DNA of 63,006 bases, the filler included. It is 6 parts of 6 records of this genome, joined end to end, with 100 filler letters (N's around TTAATTAATTAA, not from the genome) between each part and the next. Parts side by side here need not be neighbours in the genome. Positions count along the whole stretch, not along the records: positions 59,876 to 63,006 come from SRR20825010_2414; 5 more parts are not named here. One strand, 5' to 3'. The position numbers and the translations under genes are program-made. Within the stretch, counting starts at the first letter, position 1. Each line of letters begins with the position of its first letter. Below are positions 59,935-63,006 of this stretch, in pieces. The notes beneath the pieces were generated by a model. The model did no database searches and was not told where the DNA came from. It saw only the letters and a list, made by a program, of their open reading frames with translations.

Positions 59935-60357
59935 TTACTGGTTGCCCATGTTCAGGGTTTTCAGCATCAGCTGCTTGGCGGTGTTCATTACTTCGGCATT
60001 GGTTTGGTAGCTGCGGGAAGCGGCCAACATGTCGACCATTTCTTCCACTGCGTTTACGTTGGGCATGTACACATAGCCCTCTTCATCGGCCATGGGATGC
60101 TTGGGATCGAACATCTTTTTTGCTTCGGTTTTGTCTTCAACAATGTCTTTGACCTGAACGTTCTCAGCCAAAGCGGCCTTACCAGGCGCGGCTTTCTGAA
60201 GCACCGCCTCAAATACCACCTTGCGGGCCTGATACACCTCATTGGGGTTTGCAGCGGCAGTGTCCACGTTGGCCAGATTGCTGGCCACTGTGTTCAGGCG
60301 GGTGGTTTGTGCCTGCATGGCACCACCGGCTAACTTGAAGGAATTAAATAGCGACAT
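59935..60357 (-). CDS. flgC: Basal-body rod protein
   Basis: ASNLAN, HP.AD..GYV.MPNVN..EEM, SRSYQ.N. Confidence 0.96.
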   Translation of the reverse strand: MSLFNSFKLAGGAMQAQTTRLNTVASNLANVDTAAANPNEVYQARKVVFEAVLQKAAPGKAALAENVQVKDIVEDKTEAKKMFDPKHPMADEEGYVYMPNVNAVEEMVDMLAASRSYQTNAEVMNTAKQLMLKTLNMGNQ

Positions 60358-60373
60358 GTGTGTTCCCTACGCC

Positions 60374-60826
60374 TTATTGGTTGCCAGAACCCATGGCCTG
60401 CTTCAATGTCGAAATTCGACCATTGATGGCACGCAATGCGGCTTCGTACTTCACGGTGTTTTCTGCAAATGAGGCACGCTCGCGTTCAATGTCAACCGAG
60501 TTGCCATCAATCGCGGCATTGTTTCCACGGCGAAACTGCAACATCTCTGCTGTGGTCATGCCTGCGTTGCCTTGGGCGGTAATGTGGCCCTGGTGCGTAA
60601 CTGCCAAAGCACCTGCGCCGTTGCCCAGGCCTGGATTGGCGGGCGCGCCCATCTGGCCTTTCTCGCCTGTGGCGGCTTTCAAAGCGCTTTTGAAATCAAA
60701 ATCAACAGCTTTGTAATTGGGGGTGTCTACGTTGGAAATGTTAGAGGTCAATACCTCCTGACGACGCGCTCTGAGTTTCAGGGCCTCGGCAGAGAACTGC
60801 ATTGAATCGGTCAGTTTGTCCAACAT
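60374..60826 (-). CDS. flgB: Basal-body rod protein
   Basis: RQEVL.SNISNVDTPNYKA, DGNSVD.E.E. Confidence 0.96.
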   Translation of the reverse strand: MLDKLTDSMQFSAEALKLRARRQEVLTSNISNVDTPNYKAVDFDFKSALKAATGEKGQMGAPANPGLGNGAGALAVTHQGHITAQGNAGMTTAEMLQFRRGNNAAIDGNSVDIERERASFAENTVKYEAALRAINGRISTLKQAMGSGNQ

Positions 60827-61018
60827 CGTTTGAATCCTTCATACACGGACGGATGAATGGATTATTGAACTGACGCTGTCAAATCAAAGTGGAGAGAAAA
60901 GGGGGAAAGGCGGCTCTTTTTCAGCTTAGGGTGCAGCAAGCCTCCGCCTAGGATGTTGTCATCGAGGCAGAAATTGTTTCTTACAAACCTGTTTACGGCT
61001 GCAGCTACAAAAACTTGA

Positions 61019-61750
61019 ATGAAATTTCACACTTATTTTCAAACAGAGTTACTCCGCGCATCGGGCAAGACCATTGCCTGCTTGTTGATTTGTGCCTTGG
61101 GCATTGCAACAGCAGACGTGCATGCCGACGGGTCGCAGTGGGTCACTGAAAAACAGCTTCATGAATTGGTGGATCCCGCACTATTGCCGGTGGGTGCCAA
61201 CGTACAAGTGAATTTTGTAAAAGCAGATGAGCGTATCGGTAGTACCCAATGCCCGGCTGCGTTGTTCGCCAACAGCGCCGGCAACAAAATGTGGGGCCGA
61301 ACCTTTGTGCGGGTTCAGTGCGTCGGTTCAGACACACCGCCGTTCTTTCTCGGTGTGGATATAAAAGTGTGGGCTCCGGTGCTGGTGGTGAAAGGCACGG
61401 TTCAATCCGGTCAGGCAGTGGGCGTGAACGATGTTGAATTCCGGACCATGAACCTGACAGAACTAAAACACGGCTGGGTGACTGATCTTTCACACCTGAG
61501 CAACAAAACAGCTGCACGGCAATTGTGGCCCGGCATGTTGTTGAAACACGATTACCTGCGCGGCCAGGCCATGGTAAAAAATGGCGATACCGTGAAGGTG
61601 ATGATGAAGGGGCCAGGTTTTGCAATTGGTGGCACTGCTGTTGCCATGGGCGAAGCCGAGCTGGGTGAAGTAGTAAAAATAAAGACTGCGCAGGGGAAAA
61701 TCCTGCACGGTATTGCGCGAGACGCGTTGCTGGTAGAGGTTAGTTTGTAA
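61019..61750 (+). CDS. flgA: P-ring assembly chaperone
   Basis: Signal peptide, two Cys, SAF-like region, V..GD.V and G..V.IK motifs; divergent from flgB. Confidence 0.88.
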   Translation: MKFHTYFQTELLRASGKTIACLLICALGIATADVHADGSQWVTEKQLHELVDPALLPVGANVQVNFVKADERIGSTQCPAALFANSAGNKMWGRTFVRVQCVGSDTPPFFLGVDIKVWAPVLVVKGTVQSGQAVGVNDVEFRTMNLTELKHGWVTDLSHLSNKTAARQLWPGMLLKHDYLRGQAMVKNGDTVKVMMKGPGFAIGGTAVAMGEAELGEVVKIKTAQGKILHGIARDALLVEVSL

Positions 61751-61790
61751 TGGGGATAACCAAAAAGTAGGAATTCTTTTGATAATTCGT

Positions 61791-61817
61791 TAAAGTTGGA
61801 TAAATTCGAGCCGTTAA
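61791..61817 (+). promoter_or_regulatory. Sigma28 (FliA) promoter of flgM
   Basis: TAAA-N15-GCCGTTAA versus consensus TAAA-N15-GCCGATAA. Confidence 0.75.
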
Positions 61818-61864
61818 GAAAACATACGAAACCCACTTAGGCTCTGCCCAACGCGGAGAAAATT

Positions 61865-62155
61865 ATGAGTATCAATAGAATAAACTCGGGAAGCAACCCA
61901 ATTGACAAGCCGGCAAAACCACAAGGCAGTGGTAAGTCTGCAGCAACTGGCGCAACAGAAAAACCAAGCTCAGAAGGCGCGGTTACAACGCTTTCAGGGC
62001 AATCCAGTGCGTTAGGCGCTGCTGGTGCTCCGTTCAATGCTGAAAAAGTGGCCGAGATCAAAGAGGCTATCAGCAATGGTGAATTTAAGGTCAATGCCGA
62101 GGCTGTTGCAGCCAAGGTGATTGAAAGTGCTCGCGAGTTGCTTGGCCAGAAATAA
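61865..62155 (+). CDS. flgM: Anti-sigma28 factor
   Basis: KVAEIKEAI..G.F.VN...VA.K C-terminal motif. Confidence 0.92.
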   Translation: MSINRINSGSNPIDKPAKPQGSGKSAATGATEKPSSEGAVTTLSGQSSALGAAGAPFNAEKVAEIKEAISNGEFKVNAEAVAAKVIESARELLGQK

Positions 62156-62197
62156 TTGTCGCCAGGTACCTCGGGGCTCTAACTGAGGAAATTGATT

Positions 62198-62713
62198 ATG
62201 TCGCACGCTGACGCAGCAAAGAACCTGTACCGTAACCTGGCCTATGAATGTGATATGGCCATGGCATTGGTTGATATTTTGCTTGAGGAGCAGTCGTGCC
62301 TTGTCAAACTTCAAACCACTGAACTGAACAGTTTGGCGCTTCGCAAAGAAGCCATGATGCTGGAGCTGGAAAAGCGGTATCTGGCCAATATTCAGTTGGC
62401 CAAGGCAGAAGGGTTTCAACCGAATCTTGATGGCATCGCCCTGTGGGTGGATGTACTTGCAGCCCACGAACCCCGCTTGCTGGGTACGTATTCCACATTG
62501 CGCACCACGCTGACCCACGCCCAACGCCTGAACAACACCAACGGCGATTTGGTCAGCGAACAGCTGGCTGGCTTGCAGGAAAGAATTTCAATTTTAACGG
62601 CAGCCGCAGTGGCTGAGCAAAAACCCACCGCCAGCGATACGTATGGCCCCAAGGGTGGCATGAGCCAGTCGGCACTGGTCGGTGGCGCTATGCCCCGCGC
62701 GGTAATTCGTTGA
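62198..62713 (+). CDS. flgN: Flagellar export chaperone
   Basis: L.EEQ..L, LN..NG.LV, TYGPKG; follows flgM. Confidence 0.85.
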   Translation: MSHADAAKNLYRNLAYECDMAMALVDILLEEQSCLVKLQTTELNSLALRKEAMMLELEKRYLANIQLAKAEGFQPNLDGIALWVDVLAAHEPRLLGTYSTLRTTLTHAQRLNNTNGDLVSEQLAGLQERISILTAAAVAEQKPTASDTYGPKGGMSQSALVGGAMPRAVIR

Positions 62714-63006
62714 CCGTTAACCAATAAGAAACCAGCGCAGAGATACGGGTCAAGTATTGATCAAACTGCACTGGTTTGACTGCAAAACTGTTCACACCCA
62801 GTTCATACGAACGCTTCACATCGCTAATTTCACGCGACGACGACAACACCACGATCGGCATTGTTTTAAACACATCGTGTGAACGCAAAAACTTCAATAC
62901 TTCAAGCCCGTCAAGCTTGGGCAGTTTCAAATCCAGCAGCACCAGTTTCGGCAAATTCAAAACGGCACTGTCTTTGGGGTGATCGTCCATCAACTGCTTG
63001 AAATAT
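62688..63006 (-). CDS. Single-domain response regulator, 5' truncated
   Basis: LLDLKLPKLDG, VVLSSS, SYELGVNS..VKP. Confidence 0.88.
   Translation of the reverse strand, partial: YFKQLMDDHPKDSAVLNLPKLVLLDLKLPKLDGLEVLKFLRSHDVFKTMPIVVLSSSREISDVKRSYELGVNSFAVKPVQFDQYLTRISALVSYWLTVNELPRGA

Noticed and set aside
26517-63006. Two flagellar gene sets (fli/fle and flg) as a dual-flagella system
   Set aside because: They lie on different contigs with different composition and apparent taxa

Overview
This window is not one locus. It is six unrelated contigs joined by artificial N44-TTAATTAATTAA-N44 linkers. (1) 1-26416 is AT-rich and Flavobacteriaceae-like: lspA, uvrC, a PlpD-like patatin, hmgA-hppD, DUF3108-kynA-M23-pgi, then a TonB-receptor/EEP-nuclease/DUF5689-LTD cluster and a DUF1778-GNAT toxin-antitoxin pair. 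(2) 26517-45987 is a Marinobacter-like flagellar region, fleQ-fleSR-fliE-J-hsbA/hsbR/hptB-like-fliK-R-flhB, with four sigma54 promoters. (3) 46088-49676 is a Planctomycete-like fragment (old yellow enzyme, Fur-like wHTH, DUF1501, methyltransferase). (4) 49777-55267 is Devosia/Pelagibacterium-like (PBP1A, YgjP, DUF2852, RegB). (5) 55368-59775 is alphaproteobacterial, fabH-plsX-rpmF-yceD-cbp3/bamE/hppA end. (6) 59876-63006 is betaproteobacterial (Limnobacter-like), flgDCB-flgA-flgM-flgN. The best leads are all in contig 1: an unannotated ~100-nt candidate sRNA with its own promoter and terminator and a core antisense to Bacteroidota-type translation starts; a putative extracellular-DNA utilisation locus whose second TonB receptor appears to have lost its plug domain in frame; a four-box operator over the TA promoter; and several REP/MITE-like elements. 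Taxonomic and family calls come from motif recognition, not database searches.
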